Positions 28,278 through 39,701 of a stretch of 64,000 nt of DNA are shown here, piece by piece. The number at the start of each line of letters is the position of its first letter. Position 1 is the first letter of the stretch. This DNA comes from a plasmid: assembly GCF_054482595.1 (NCBI RefSeq), contig NZ_JBTHVH010000004.1; one strand, given 5' to 3'. A program made the position numbers and the translations under genes. The notes beneath the pieces were generated by a model, which did no database searches, was not told the DNA's origin, and worked only from the letters and a program-made list of their open reading frames with translations.

Positions 28278-28796
28278 ATGATGTTTTTTTTAACAAAGTT
28301 ACTTTTGCCCATCATGATTGTTGTATTCCCAGTGGCGTCCTGGGGGAACTCAACAACTTTTGAGGCAAAGGTGGTTAAGATTGTTGACGGTGACACCATA
28401 ACTGCGTTGGATGCTCAAAACACAACCATCAAAATACGGATGTATGGTATAGACGCTCCTGAATCTAAACAGGCTTTTGGCCAAAAAGCAAAACAGGCCT
28501 TAACCACAGCTATAGCAACTAAAATCGTTACCGTGATAGACCATGGTACGGATATCTATGGCCGTATGTTAGGTACCATCTGGTTAGATGGATATGATAT
28601 CAATGCCTCTATGGTGGACAGTGGATATGCGTGGGTTTATCGGTTCGAAGATAACGCCATTGTCCCTGGCTATATCAAATATGAATCCGCAGCACAAAAG
28701 GAGGCAAAAGGGTTATGGGCAGACACCAACCCTGTCCCACCATGGCAGTGGAGACAGGCAAACGAAAAGCCCAGAAAGGTGAAAGAGAAGAAATAA
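28278..28796 (+). CDS. nuc: Secreted thermonuclease-family (SNase-like) endonuclease
   Basis: Signal peptide MMFFLTKLLLPIMIVVFPVASW. SNase motifs are VDGDT...R, YGIDAPE and GRMLG...Y. Confidence 0.7.
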   Translation: MMFFLTKLLLPIMIVVFPVASWGNSTTFEAKVVKIVDGDTITALDAQNTTIKIRMYGIDAPESKQAFGQKAKQALTTAIATKIVTVIDHGTDIYGRMLGTIWLDGYDINASMVDSGYAWVYRFEDNAIVPGYIKYESAAQKEAKGLWADTNPVPPWQWRQANEKPRKVKEKK

Positions 28797-28798
28797 CC

Positions 28799-29695
28799 AT
28801 GATGAAAGAGCCTCATCCGTTACTTCAGTTGGTACTAAACGATTCCGGTCGTCTAACCATGCCTGTTTATTATAGAGATCAACAGTATTGCCCGACTTGC
28901 CTTACAAAGGTGTTGAAGAGTGAGGATGGAAGTTTGGCGCACCTCGGGGAAATAAATCAAAATACATGTAGACCTTCTATTTCAGTAGTTGTGACAAAAG
29001 CAATTATTGAAATGTTATGTGACGGGGAAAAAATATATGTAAATCCAATACGACACCGAGGCCGGGTGCTGGCACCCTCAGTAATTTTTTCTCCCGACAC
29101 TCACACTTTCAAACCGTTTATAAATACAGACTATCAGCCTGTGGGAGCAAACTGGAAAAGTGAAAAGGGATATAAACTCGGTCTGTTTTATCTCAAAGAT
29201 CGAGCCAACTCTATCAATAAAGAGGAATTTGATTTCATTGCCGTTATAGACCCTGAGGCAATGCAGAAAGAATTTATTTCGGCCTGGTCTGAGGTTGATG
29301 AAAAAAATCCATTGGAAACGCTGAAGCAGATCTTACGATCTAAAAACAACTCTTCTTTATGGGTAAAATGGCCTGGCAAAATTGAGCATGCGCAAAAAGG
29401 AAATTACAACGAAAATTACTGGTTCGATTATCAATCTGATAATCAGGAAGTGAACTGTACGGTCTCTGTTGTAGGTATCGAAGGTAACAGTTCCGGTGAG
29501 ACAATTTATAGATTGCAAACTTTGCTAAAGCGTAAGCTCAATGAATATCAACTGGTTCGGTCTTTAGGGACTATTATGCTTCTTGATAATACCGGGAATA
29601 TGATTCCATCAAACCATCCTTATTTTGAAGTCATCTCAAAAGCATGTATAAATGGAGTGCGTGACTTTGTTCGTCAAAACCCGTGGGTAGTCTGA
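28799..29695 (+). CDS. Hypothetical protein (298 aa) translationally coupled to nuc
   Basis: Its start lies 3 nt after the nuc stop. It contains a CPTC motif but no recognisable domain. Confidence 0.45.
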   Translation: MMKEPHPLLQLVLNDSGRLTMPVYYRDQQYCPTCLTKVLKSEDGSLAHLGEINQNTCRPSISVVVTKAIIEMLCDGEKIYVNPIRHRGRVLAPSVIFSPDTHTFKPFINTDYQPVGANWKSEKGYKLGLFYLKDRANSINKEEFDFIAVIDPEAMQKEFISAWSEVDEKNPLETLKQILRSKNNSSLWVKWPGKIEHAQKGNYNENYWFDYQSDNQEVNCTVSVVGIEGNSSGETIYRLQTLLKRKLNEYQLVRSLGTIMLLDNTGNMIPSNHPYFEVISKACINGVRDFVRQNPWVV

Positions 29696-29742
29696 CGGTC
29701 AACTATAAAGCATAATATAATTAGTAATAACAAGGAACAGAC

Positions 29743-30150
29743 ATGAATGAAAACTCAGTAATCTTAATAAGTTTATTTTGGTTTTTTTTGGGATCGAGTG
29801 TTGTAGCTGGTTTTATGGATGCATCATTATATTGCTGGATTTTTGCAGCCATAAGCGCATTGTTTCTTCTTTCGGTGATACAAACACCAAAGGAGTTAAC
29901 GGTATCTATTAGTCATATGACAAGCAAAACGCTGATCTCAAAGACAGATGATGGATACACATTTAGCATTTCACCTTACGGAGACGGGTACCGCTTATCA
30001 GTCTCGCCTGAAAATCGTCACAATGGTACCCAAAGCTTTGACGGCTGGTTCCCACGTTTTTTTTCCGAACCACAGTATGCCAAATCATCTTTAACTAAAT
30101 TTCTCGGTGAGTCCTTAGTATGGGAAGAAGATTCAAGTAATGCTCTATGA
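29743..30150 (+). CDS. Small membrane protein (135 aa, 2 TM)
   Basis: Hydrophobic N-terminus ILISLFWFFLGSSVVAGF...IFAAISALFLLSVI. Confidence 0.4.
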   Translation: MNENSVILISLFWFFLGSSVVAGFMDASLYCWIFAAISALFLLSVIQTPKELTVSISHMTSKTLISKTDDGYTFSISPYGDGYRLSVSPENRHNGTQSFDGWFPRFFSEPQYAKSSLTKFLGESLVWEEDSSNAL

Positions 30151-30195
30151 GATTACTTATTATAAATTTTTCTATTAATCTCCATGGAGTGATAT

Positions 30196-30450
30196 ATGAA
30201 TTTGGCCTATTTTTTATTTTTGTCTATAACTGTTATGCTTACGAGCTTTATTATTAAATCACTTGTCGTATTGGTAAAGTTCAAATTACTTCGTGATGAA
30301 CGTCTCGAATATACCAGCAATAAAAATATTGATGAGATGTACGATTTAATGAATGCGAAGGAAGAAATCCTCATAAGGCATCATAAGCAGATGTTGGCAT
30401 TGCATCTTTCACTATTAATATTCGTTCTATTTATTGCTTACATTTACTAA
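30196..30450 (+). CDS. Small membrane protein (84 aa, 2 TM)
   Basis: YFLFLSITVMLTSFIIKSLVVLV ... LALHLSLLIFVLFIAYIY. Confidence 0.35.
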   Translation: MNLAYFLFLSITVMLTSFIIKSLVVLVKFKLLRDERLEYTSNKNIDEMYDLMNAKEEILIRHHKQMLALHLSLLIFVLFIAYIY

Positions 30451-30487
30451 AAATAATTTTATTCAACATTTCAACAAAGGGTTTTCA

Positions 30488-30775
30488 ATGGAAAGCTTCG
30501 AAACTGAACAAATGATTCAATATGCTTTCTACATAAATATCGTAATAACGACTGGTTTGGCATGGTTTTGCTTGCGGTCAGGATTGCATTACAATTTTTT
30601 CAGAAAAGCAGAGAGTGCCAGAACAAAAGGGCTGAGTAGTACCTCTACTGAACACGGTCCAGCAATAGTGAGACTAAAGAAGCTACAAGCATTAGTAGAT
30701 TTTATTAGTAACTGTGCTTTTCTAATCCTTTCAATTGGCACAGCTTATATTTTGTATGTTTGGAGCCACAGTTAA
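30488..30775 (+). CDS. Small membrane protein (95 aa, 2 TM)
   Basis: FYINIVITTGLAWFCL ... CAFLILSIGTAYILYVW. Confidence 0.35.
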   Translation: MESFETEQMIQYAFYINIVITTGLAWFCLRSGLHYNFFRKAESARTKGLSSTSTEHGPAIVRLKKLQALVDFISNCAFLILSIGTAYILYVWSHS

Positions 30776-30844
30776 CTCATACGAGGTAACTTCGGCAGGT
30801 AACAACTTCTAATGCAGGACTTTAATAACTCTAAGGGATTCTAC

Positions 30845-31042
30845 ATGAAAAAAGACGATCTAATTACGCGTTGTAAATTACTTAAAGGCGAACGCGATGA
30901 GTCTATCTTTACCATATTAATTGGGATAGTAGTAAAGCTGGGGCTGGTAGGCCTGGCATTCTATCTGTTGCTTGGTTCCACGATTGATTGGTCAAGCTGG
31001 AAAACTTATGCCGCCATGTTGATCTTGGGAGCATTTCTCTAA
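30845..31042 (+). CDS. Small membrane protein (65 aa)
   Basis: IFTILIGIVVKLGLVGLAFYLLLG ... AAMLILGAFL. Confidence 0.3.
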   Translation: MKKDDLITRCKLLKGERDESIFTILIGIVVKLGLVGLAFYLLLGSTIDWSSWKTYAAMLILGAFL

Positions 31043-31378
31043 AATCTTGAACCTTTTTTCACTCATTACAAGCCATGACCTAGTGCGTAGATCATACGAT
31101 CTTTAAACCTTATGTCATTGATTTATAAGTACATATAACAAAGATTATGTTAAATACTGTATGTATGTACAGCATCAACAGTTGCCCCCCTCATATTGAG
31201 GTAATTGCTACATTCATACCACTATTCTTCTTATAGTATCGACATCCTGAATTATTGCACCCTACTGCTTTGTCTTTAGCTGTTCCGAATTAAAATTCAT
31301 TGCTCAATTTGGATCACATGACGATCAGCGTATTCCTTTGCTTTATCAAAGTTAAGTTTTTAAAACATAAGATATGTA

Positions 31379-31840
31379 ATGACAAATTCTCAATCTGATT
31401 TTCCTTTGAACGATCAAAATTTTCAGGCAGATTTGCTGAAAATCAAAAAGGTTTTCGCCGACCTTATAACGCAGGCATCAGATGGTAAGATACCCATAAG
31501 GTCTTCTCATGTACACGGCTTACACCATTTCGAGGAGCTCTACATCCGGGCAAGAGCAGGCATGTGTTCGGTCCTGGGATATCCGGTCATGGTTGTTTCA
31601 ACTATCTCAGTTAAAGAGCCCGGCACAGGCATTTTTAGAGCGCTTCTTGCAGAATTGAAATGTATTGCAGATGAACAAAATTACATTTTGAAAATTGAAA
31701 ATGTACTGCCTCCCCTATTCCGCAAATACCTTATTCAAGAAGGTTTTGTTTTCCCAGGTGAACCTTGGATGTGTGGTTCCGGCTATTGGTTTAAGAACCC
31801 ACAAGTACTTCATGAAAATATTGAGTTATTATCTGTTTAA
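31379..31840 (+). CDS. Hypothetical protein, GNAT-acetyltransferase-like fold suspected
   Basis: 153-aa product with a motif-A-like GTGIFRALLAELKCIADEQN. Confidence 0.35.
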   Translation: MTNSQSDFPLNDQNFQADLLKIKKVFADLITQASDGKIPIRSSHVHGLHHFEELYIRARAGMCSVLGYPVMVVSTISVKEPGTGIFRALLAELKCIADEQNYILKIENVLPPLFRKYLIQEGFVFPGEPWMCGSGYWFKNPQVLHENIELLSV

Positions 31841-31869
31841 GTCGATCTAACAATTTCACTGGAGCTAAC

Positions 31870-32277
31870 ATGTCCCCGGAATTGGTATCAGACATTGCAA
31901 GAGTGGCGCATGAAAAGCTACTTTCAATTTTAACGGAGTGCGGCATAGAGAAGACGGCAGGCACTTGCCTTTTTGCAAGCTATCTTGTGTGTTATTTAGC
32001 AAAAACTAAAGGTCTAGATGCTGTTGTCCGTGGGGGTAACGGTGCAGATGATGGCGGTATATTTATAGAGTGTGGTGGCTTTGGCCATTATTGGTGTGAG
32101 TTGAATTTCGAAGAAGTGCAATATTATATTGACATCACTTCCGAACAGTTTGGGTTTCATCCATACATAGTGAAACTCGCCAACGATATAACAGGATGGC
32201 CTCGATATATTCCTGGTGATCAGGAAACGGTCGATAGTCATTTAGAACAATTATTACGCGACGGCTATACAGAATAG
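31870..32277 (+). CDS. Hypothetical Cys/His/Asp peptidase-like protein (transglutaminase/papain-like)
   Basis: 135-aa product with ordered C (TAGTCLFASY), H (GGFGHYWCE) and D (YYIDIT). It lies 29 bp after the upstream gene. Confidence 0.35.
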   Translation: MSPELVSDIARVAHEKLLSILTECGIEKTAGTCLFASYLVCYLAKTKGLDAVVRGGNGADDGGIFIECGGFGHYWCELNFEEVQYYIDITSEQFGFHPYIVKLANDITGWPRYIPGDQETVDSHLEQLLRDGYTE

Positions 32278-32327
32278 GCTGCGTATACCCTATCGCAGCC
32301 TTTCAGGCTCTTAACCCTTGTGACCTG

Positions 32328-32855
32328 TTAACGGAACCACTCAGGATGACGCTGCCGATCAACTTTGATAACCTGCGAATTAAATTCAACGACATCCGCT
32401 GGAGTAAGCATTAATTCATCAGGATTTACAATAAATGGTCTTAAAACCACTTCGCCACCGTCTTCTTTTGCACCGTAGATATTAATAAGAAAGTGCAGTC
32501 GTTGATTTCCTTCAGCATTGCGTTGCCATTCTCTAAAAGTCAAAGTTTGTTTAATATAGTTTGTTAAAAGAAATGCGAATTCAGATTCTTCCGTTTGTGA
32601 GATACCGATTTTGTTAGACATTTTTTTTAGTATCTTTCCGAGCATGGACACACAGGCATCTAGACTTAACGATGTTGAAATTTTGGTCGTATTAAAATCC
32701 TCCTGCGAAAGTGAAATCATCCATGTATTATCTTTATGATAGTCGGTAATATAAATAAAATGAGATGTAAAAGGCGTTGAGTGATTGAACTCTCCTAAGT
32801 TCCATCCATACTGACTCACTGTATTTGAGCTAAGTTCTTTGTCGGTAATGTTCAT
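32328..32855 (-). CDS. Hypothetical protein (175 aa)
   Basis: ORF only. Confidence 0.35.
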   Translation of the reverse strand: MNITDKELSSNTVSQYGWNLGEFNHSTPFTSHFIYITDYHKDNTWMISLSQEDFNTTKISTSLSLDACVSMLGKILKKMSNKIGISQTEESEFAFLLTNYIKQTLTFREWQRNAEGNQRLHFLINIYGAKEDGGEVVLRPFIVNPDELMLTPADVVEFNSQVIKVDRQRHPEWFR

Positions 32856-33021
32856 AATTCATACCTTTCGATAAAGTCTGTAATGATAATTAGCTATCTC
32901 AAAGGACCAGAACAACTCTTGAAATAACCACACTCGAAGAATTTATCATATTGAACACCCCTACCTAATAACCTTGCCGACTTAATAAATCACAATAGCC
33001 CTCCCCTGACATTTTAAAATG

Positions 33022-33408
33022 CTACTTGAATTTTTGATAGCTTATGGTTGTTTTATGTTCTTTGTGATACGCATATGTCATCTTCTCTTTCCAGTACCAA
33101 TCTTGTAGATCCTGCAAGTCTAGCCCATTTTTCTCACGTATGCTTTCGTGTAATTCGCTAAGCGCGAGTTTATCATTAGGTTTATAAATGGCTAATTTTT
33201 CTTCAAATAAATCCAGCCAACGTTTCCCCATCTTACGACGCAAAACAAACACCATCGTGATAAATGTAATGAAATGCACAGCAATTAGTTCCAACTTATG
33301 CGATTGCTGACCAGATAAAATTACTATTGTAACAACAGGGATGGCCGTATATAAAGCAATCAAAGCGACCATAAGTTGGTATGGTTTTTCCCGTATTACC
33401 ATGTTCAT
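33022..33408 (-). CDS. Hypothetical membrane-anchored protein (128 aa)
   Basis: Two N-terminal TM segments followed by a charged C-terminus. Confidence 0.35.
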   Translation of the reverse strand: MNMVIREKPYQLMVALIALYTAIPVVTIVILSGQQSHKLELIAVHFITFITMVFVLRRKMGKRWLDLFEEKLAIYKPNDKLALSELHESIREKNGLDLQDLQDWYWKEKMTYAYHKEHKTTISYQKFK

Positions 33409-33448
33409 GGGTAAACCAGAGGACGCTACTGCTTGCCAAAATCTTAAA

Positions 33449-33486
33449 GGGGAGCCCGCAGAATTCGGAAAAAATCGTACGCTAAG
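33449..33486. repeat. Tn1721 38-bp IRR
   Basis: ggggagcccgcagaattcggaaaaaatcgtacgctaag. Confidence 0.8.
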
Positions 33487-35302
33487 GTTTTCCGGGCATC
33501 CGTAAGGGCCGAAACTTCCCGTCTTCCAGTCTGCGGCTCTGCCGCCAGACGTAATCGCCGGTTAGGTTGATGTGCTCCCAGCCCAGCGGCGACAGGAATT
33601 GCAGCAGCTCGCCGTCCACCGGCTTGCCGGCCTCGACCAACCCCTGGGTGGCGCGTTCCAGGTACACCGTGTTCCACAGCACGATAGCCGCCGTCACCAG
33701 GTTGAGGCCGCTGGCCCGGTAGCGCTGCTGCTCGAAGCTCCGATCCCTGATTTCCCCAAGGCGGTTGAAGAACACCGCCCTGGCCAGCGAGTTGCGCGCC
33801 TCACCTTTGTTCAGGCCGGCATGCACGCGGCGGCGCAGTTCAACACTTTGCAGCCAGTCCAGGATGAACAGCGTGCGCTCGATCCGGCCCAGCTCGCGCA
33901 GGGCCACGGCCAGTCCGTTCTGGCGCGGGTAGCTGCCGAGCTTGCGCAGCATCAGCGAGGCGGTGACGGTGCCCTGCTTGATCGAGCTGGCCAGGCGCAG
34001 GATGTCGTCCCAGTGGGCACGCACGTGCTTGATGTTCAGGGTGCCGCCGATCAGCGGGCGCAACGTCGGGTAGGCTTGCACGCCCTGCGGCACGTACAGC
34101 TTGGTTTCGCCGAGGTCGCGGATGCGCGGCGCGAAGCGGAAGCCTAGCAGGTGCATCAGGGCAAAGACGTGATCGGTGAAGCCGGCCGTGTCGGTGTAGT
34201 GCTCCTCGATCCGCAGGTCGGACTCGTGGTACAGCAGGCCGTCGAGCACATAGGTGGAATCGCGGACGCCGACATTCACCACGCGGGTGCTGAACGGCGC
34301 GTACTGGTCGGAGATATGGGTATAGAACAGCCGTCCCGGCTCGCTACCGTACTTCGGGTTGACGTGCCCGGTGCTCTCGCCCCGGCCACCCGCGCGGAAG
34401 CGCTGGCCATCGGAGGATGAGGTCGTGCCGTCGCCCCAGTGGGCGGCAAAGGCGTGGCGATACTGGTGGTTGACCAGCTCGGCCAAGGCCGCCGAATAGG
34501 TTTCGTCGCGGATGTGCCAGGCTTGCAGCCAGGACAGCTTGGCGTAGGTCAGGCCGGGGCTCGACTCGGCCATCTTGGTCAGCCCGAGGTTGATCGCATC
34601 ACCGAGGATTGCGGACAGCAGCAACGTCCTGTCTTTGGCCTCGGCCCCGTCCTTCAAGTGGGTGAAGTGGCGGCTGAAGCCCGTCCAGTCGTCCACGTCC
34701 ATCAGCAGTTCGGTGATCTTGATGCGCGGCAGTAACTGGCTGGTTTGGTCGATCAGCGCCTGCGCCCGATCCGGCACCGCCGCATCCAGCGGGGTGATTT
34801 TCAGCCCTGACTCGGTGAGGATGGCATCGGGCAGCTCGTTGTCCTTGGCCAGGCGGGTGACGGTGGCCAACTGCTCGTCCAGCAGCTGCAAACGCTCTTC
34901 CAGGTACTGGTCGCTGTTCGGGTTGATCGCCAGGGGCAGGGCCTGCTCGCGCTTGAGTGCGGCGAACTTCTCGGCCGGCAGCAGGTAGTCGTCGAAGTCG
35001 CGGAACTGCCGCGAGCCCTTGACCCAGATGTCGCCGGAGCGCAGGGCGTTCTTCAGCTCGGACAGGGCGCAGATTTCGTAGAATTTCCGGTCGAGGCCTT
35101 CCGGGGTGATCACCAGCGGCTTCCAGCGCGGCTTGATGAAGGCCGTGGGTGCATCGGCCGGCACCTTGCGCAGGTTGTCGGCGTTCATCTCACGCAGGGT
35201 CTGCACGGCTGCCAGCACGCCTTGCGCGGCCGGCCCGTGCTGTTCCCCAACTTTTCGCTCGGCGAAGAGTATGAACATGCGCCGCCGGCGACGAATCGCC
35301 AA
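33482..35302 (-). pseudogene. tnpA: Tn1721 ΔtnpA (3' ~60% of a Tn21-family transposase)
   Basis: 606-aa C-terminal translation ...[33 protein letters not shown], collinear with the Tn21 TnpA at 59496-62447. Confidence 0.8.
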
Positions 35303-35629
35303 ATCTCACCGTATCTCCCGAGCGGACGATTTCGCACCGGTCTGCCCGTCGAAGGGCTTGCGATCGAACGGGGCGACCTTTTCTATGCATGTCCGCGAGC
35401 CAGCGTCTTTTATGGCACGGCGCTCGACGCCGACCTTCGGACGCGCGGCGTAAGCACGCTTGTCATGGCCGGGATAAGCACCACCGGCGTTGTTCTTTCA
35501 AGCGTCGCCTGGGCTAGTGATGCGGACTACGACGTGCGTTTGGTCCAGGACTGCTGCTACGACCCGGATCGGGATGCCCACGAAGCTCTGTTGCGTTCCG
35601 GGTTCGGCGGACGTGTACAGGTCGTGTAA
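35222..35629 (+). pseudogene. Isochorismatase-family hydrolase, C-terminal fragment
   Basis: ...LVMAGISTTGVVLSSVAWASDADYDVRLVQDCCYDP... Confidence 0.3.
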
Positions 35630-35766
35630 TTTTCGGGCCTCGCATGATCGCGGCCATAGCCGCAGGTGGATTGGTGCGAGGCAGGGCCAGTCCAAGTCAG
35701 GGTGCGGTCATCGCGGCGCCTGCAACTCTCAAAAACCCATCGCCGTAGCGGAGGTCTTGTAATCGC

Positions 35767-36651
35767 ATGTCATTACGCACGCCCGATTTATTGTTCACAG
35801 CGATAGCACCTGCCATTTGGGGCAGCACCTACATTGTCACCACCCAATACCTGCCGAACTTCTCACCGATGACGGTCGCGATGCTGCGGGCGTTGCCGGC
35901 GGGTTTATTGCTCGTGATGATCGTCCGACAGATTCCAACGGGAATCTGGTGGATGCGCATCTTCATCCTCGGCGCACTTAATATTTCGCTATTCTGGAGC
36001 TTGTTGTTTATTTCGGTCTACCGCCTGCCGGGCGGGGTCGCGGCGACGGTAGGCGCTGTGCAGCCGCTGATGGTCGTGTTCATCTCTGCCGCTCTGCTAG
36101 GTAGCCCGATACGATTGATGGCGGTCCTGGGGGCTATTTGCGGAACTGCGGGCGTGGCGCTGTTGGTGTTGACACCAAACGCAGCGCTAGATCCTGTCGG
36201 CGTCGCAGCGGGCCTGGCGGGGGCGGTTTCCATGGCGTTCGGAACCGTGCTGACCCGCAAGTGGCAACCTCCCGTGCCTCTGCTCACCTTTACCGCCTGG
36301 CAACTGGCGGCCGGAGGACTTCTGCTCGTTCCAGTAGCTTTAGTGTTTGATCCGCCAATCCCGATGCCTACAGGAACCAATGTTCTCGGCCTGGCGTGGC
36401 TCGGCCTGATCGGAGCGGGTTTAACCTACTTCCTTTGGTTCCGGGGGATCTCGCGACTCGAACCTACAGTTGTTTCCTTACTGGGCTTTCTCAGCCCGGG
36501 GACCGCCGTGTTGCTAGGATGGTTGTTCTTGGATCAGACGCTGAGTGCGCTTCAAATCATCGGCGTCCTGCTCGTGATCGGGAGTATCTGGCTGGGCCAA
36601 CCTTCCAACCGCACTCCTAGGGCGCGTATAGCTTGCCGGAAGTCGCCTTGA
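35767..36651 (+). CDS. pecM: EamA/DMT-family transporter PecM (Tn1721)
   Basis: 294-aa product with 10 TM segments, lying convergent with tetA(A) as in Tn1721. Confidence 0.8.
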   Translation: MSLRTPDLLFTAIAPAIWGSTYIVTTQYLPNFSPMTVAMLRALPAGLLLVMIVRQIPTGIWWMRIFILGALNISLFWSLLFISVYRLPGGVAATVGAVQPLMVVFISAALLGSPIRLMAVLGAICGTAGVALLVLTPNAALDPVGVAAGLAGAVSMAFGTVLTRKWQPPVPLLTFTAWQLAAGGLLLVPVALVFDPPIPMPTGTNVLGLAWLGLIGAGLTYFLWFRGISRLEPTVVSLLGFLSPGTAVLLGWLFLDQTLSALQIIGVLLVIGSIWLGQPSNRTPRARIACRKSP

Positions 36652-36682
36652 CCCGCATGGCATAGGCCTATCGTTTCCACGA

Positions 36683-37584
36683 TCAGCGATCGGCTCGTTG
36701 CCCTGCGCCGCTCCAAAGCCCGCGACGCAGCGCCGGCAGGCAGAGCAAGTAGAGGGCAGCGCCTGCAATCCATGCCCACCCGTTCCACGTTGTTATAGAA
36801 GCCGCATAGATCGCCGTGAAGAGGAGGGGTCCGACGATCGAGGTCAGGCTGGTGAGCGCCGCCAGTGAGCCTTGCAGCTGCCCCTGACGTTCCTCATCCA
36901 CCTGCCTGGACAACATTGCTTGCAGCGCCGGCATTCCGATGCCACCCGAAGCAAGCAGGACCATGATCGGGAACGCCATCCATCCCCGTGTCGCGAAGGC
37001 AAGCAGGATGTAGCCTGTGCCGTCGGCAATCATTCCGAGCATGAGTGCCCGCCTTTCGCCGAGCCGGGCGGCTACAGGGCCGGTGATCATTGCCTGGGCG
37101 AGTGAATGCAGAATGCCAAATGCGGCAAGCGAAATGCCGATCGTGGTCGCGTCCCAGTGAAAGCGATCCTCGCCGAAAATGACCCAAAGCGCGGCCGGCA
37201 CCTGTCCGACAAGTTGCATGATGAAGAAGACCGCCATCAGGGCGGCGACGACGGTCATGCCCCGGGCCCACCGGAACGAAGCGAGCGGGTTGAGAGCCTC
37301 CCGGCGTAACGGCCGGCGTTCGCCTTTGTGCGACTCCGGCAAAAGGAAACAGCCCGTCAGGAAATTGAGGCCGTTCAAGGCTGCCGCGGCGAAGAACGGA
37401 GCGTGGGGGGAGAAACCGCCCATCAGCCCACCGAGCACAGGTCCCGCGACCATCCCGAACCCGAAACAGGCGCTCATGAAGCCGAAGTGCCGCGCGCGCT
37501 CATCGCCATCAGTGATATCGGCAATATAAGCGCCGGCTACCGCCCCAGTCGCCCCGGTGATGCCGGCCACGATCCGCCCGATAT
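36683..37584 (-). pseudogene. tetA(A): tetA(A), 5'-truncated (lacks ~100 N-terminal codons)
   Basis: Identical to the 3' 0.9 kb of the intact copy at 51931-53130. It ends ...RRGLWSGAGQRADR and is cut at ...LYIGRIVAG by the Tn2 IRR. Confidence 0.85.
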
Positions 37585-37622
37585 GGGGTCTGACGCTCAG
37601 TGGAACGAAAACTCACGTTAAG
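37585..37622. repeat. Tn2/Tn3 38-bp IRR (second copy)
   Basis: ggggtctgacgctcagtggaacgaaaactcacgttaag. Confidence 0.85.
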
Positions 37623-37731
37623 GGATTTTGGTCATGAGATTATCAAAAAGGATCTTCACCTAGATCCTTTTAAATTAAAAATGAAGTTTTAAATCAATCT
37701 AAAGTATATATGAGTAAACTTGGTCTGACAG

Positions 37732-38970
<1,239 letters not shown>

Positions 38971-39153
38971 GTCCTGCGAATATGTGAGTTTTGACCTAAT
39001 GAGCCACAAAAACTCATTTTCGCCCACGATAATTTTTCTACTTCCTTTCTTTGGAATGCTCATTTCAATATTCACATAACGTCGCTATCAATCGCGGAAA
39101 AGGCGTAGTGCGCGAAGCGAACGAAGCTTTTTGCCGTCGATTGCATAGCTTTG

Positions 39154-39636
39154 TTAACCCTTTTTCCAAATTTGATAGCAATAGTTAATGTTTGAAGTAA
39201 AGTGTTGCTCAAAAACAACTTCGAAGGTATTTGGAATACTCGGGAAGAAAACATCCCCCTCTGGCTCGATGTCGATCGTCGATAAGTGGAGCGTAGAGGC
39301 CATGGGTAATGTTTCTCGGTAAATTTCTCCGCCACCAGACACTATAACGTGACCGGTGAATTCAGCTAGCCTGTCCATGGCCTCTTCGATTGACTGAAAT
39401 ACAACTACATTGTCATCATTTGATGTCCAACCTGAGCGGGTAACGACCGCGTATTTCCTATTGGGGAGTGCGCCCATAGATTCAAACGTCTTGCGACCCA
39501 CCAGAAGCCACTGATTGTAGGTCAATGCTTTAAAAAGTAGCTGCTCCCCTTTCGCGGACCAGGGTATGTCTGGACCGCAACCAATCACGCCGTTTTTCGC
39601 TTTCGCAGCCATCAATGATACTTTCAAGGTTCTCAT
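39154..39636 (-). CDS. dfrA14: Trimethoprim-resistant dihydrofolate reductase DfrA14
   Basis: 160-aa product [80 protein letters not shown]... Confidence 0.8.
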   Translation of the reverse strand: MRTLKVSLMAAKAKNGVIGCGPDIPWSAKGEQLLFKALTYNQWLLVGRKTFESMGALPNRKYAVVTRSGWTSNDDNVVVFQSIEEAMDRLAEFTGHVIVSGGGEIYRETLPMASTLHLSTIDIEPEGDVFFPSIPNTFEVVFEQHFTSNINYCYQIWKKG

Positions 39637-39701
39637 CCTGGGTTAACGCTTGAGTTAAGCCGCGCCGCGAAGCGGCGTCGGCTTGAACGAATTGTTAGAC
39701 A

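Noticed and set aside
33572-34988. Multiple 90-190-aa ORFs antisense to the tnpA genes, and antisense ORFs inside tetA(A) (36894-37271, 52542-52919)
   Set aside because: They are high-GC shadow ORFs rich in Arg/Ala/Gly codons, nested fully inside well-supported genes on the other strand.
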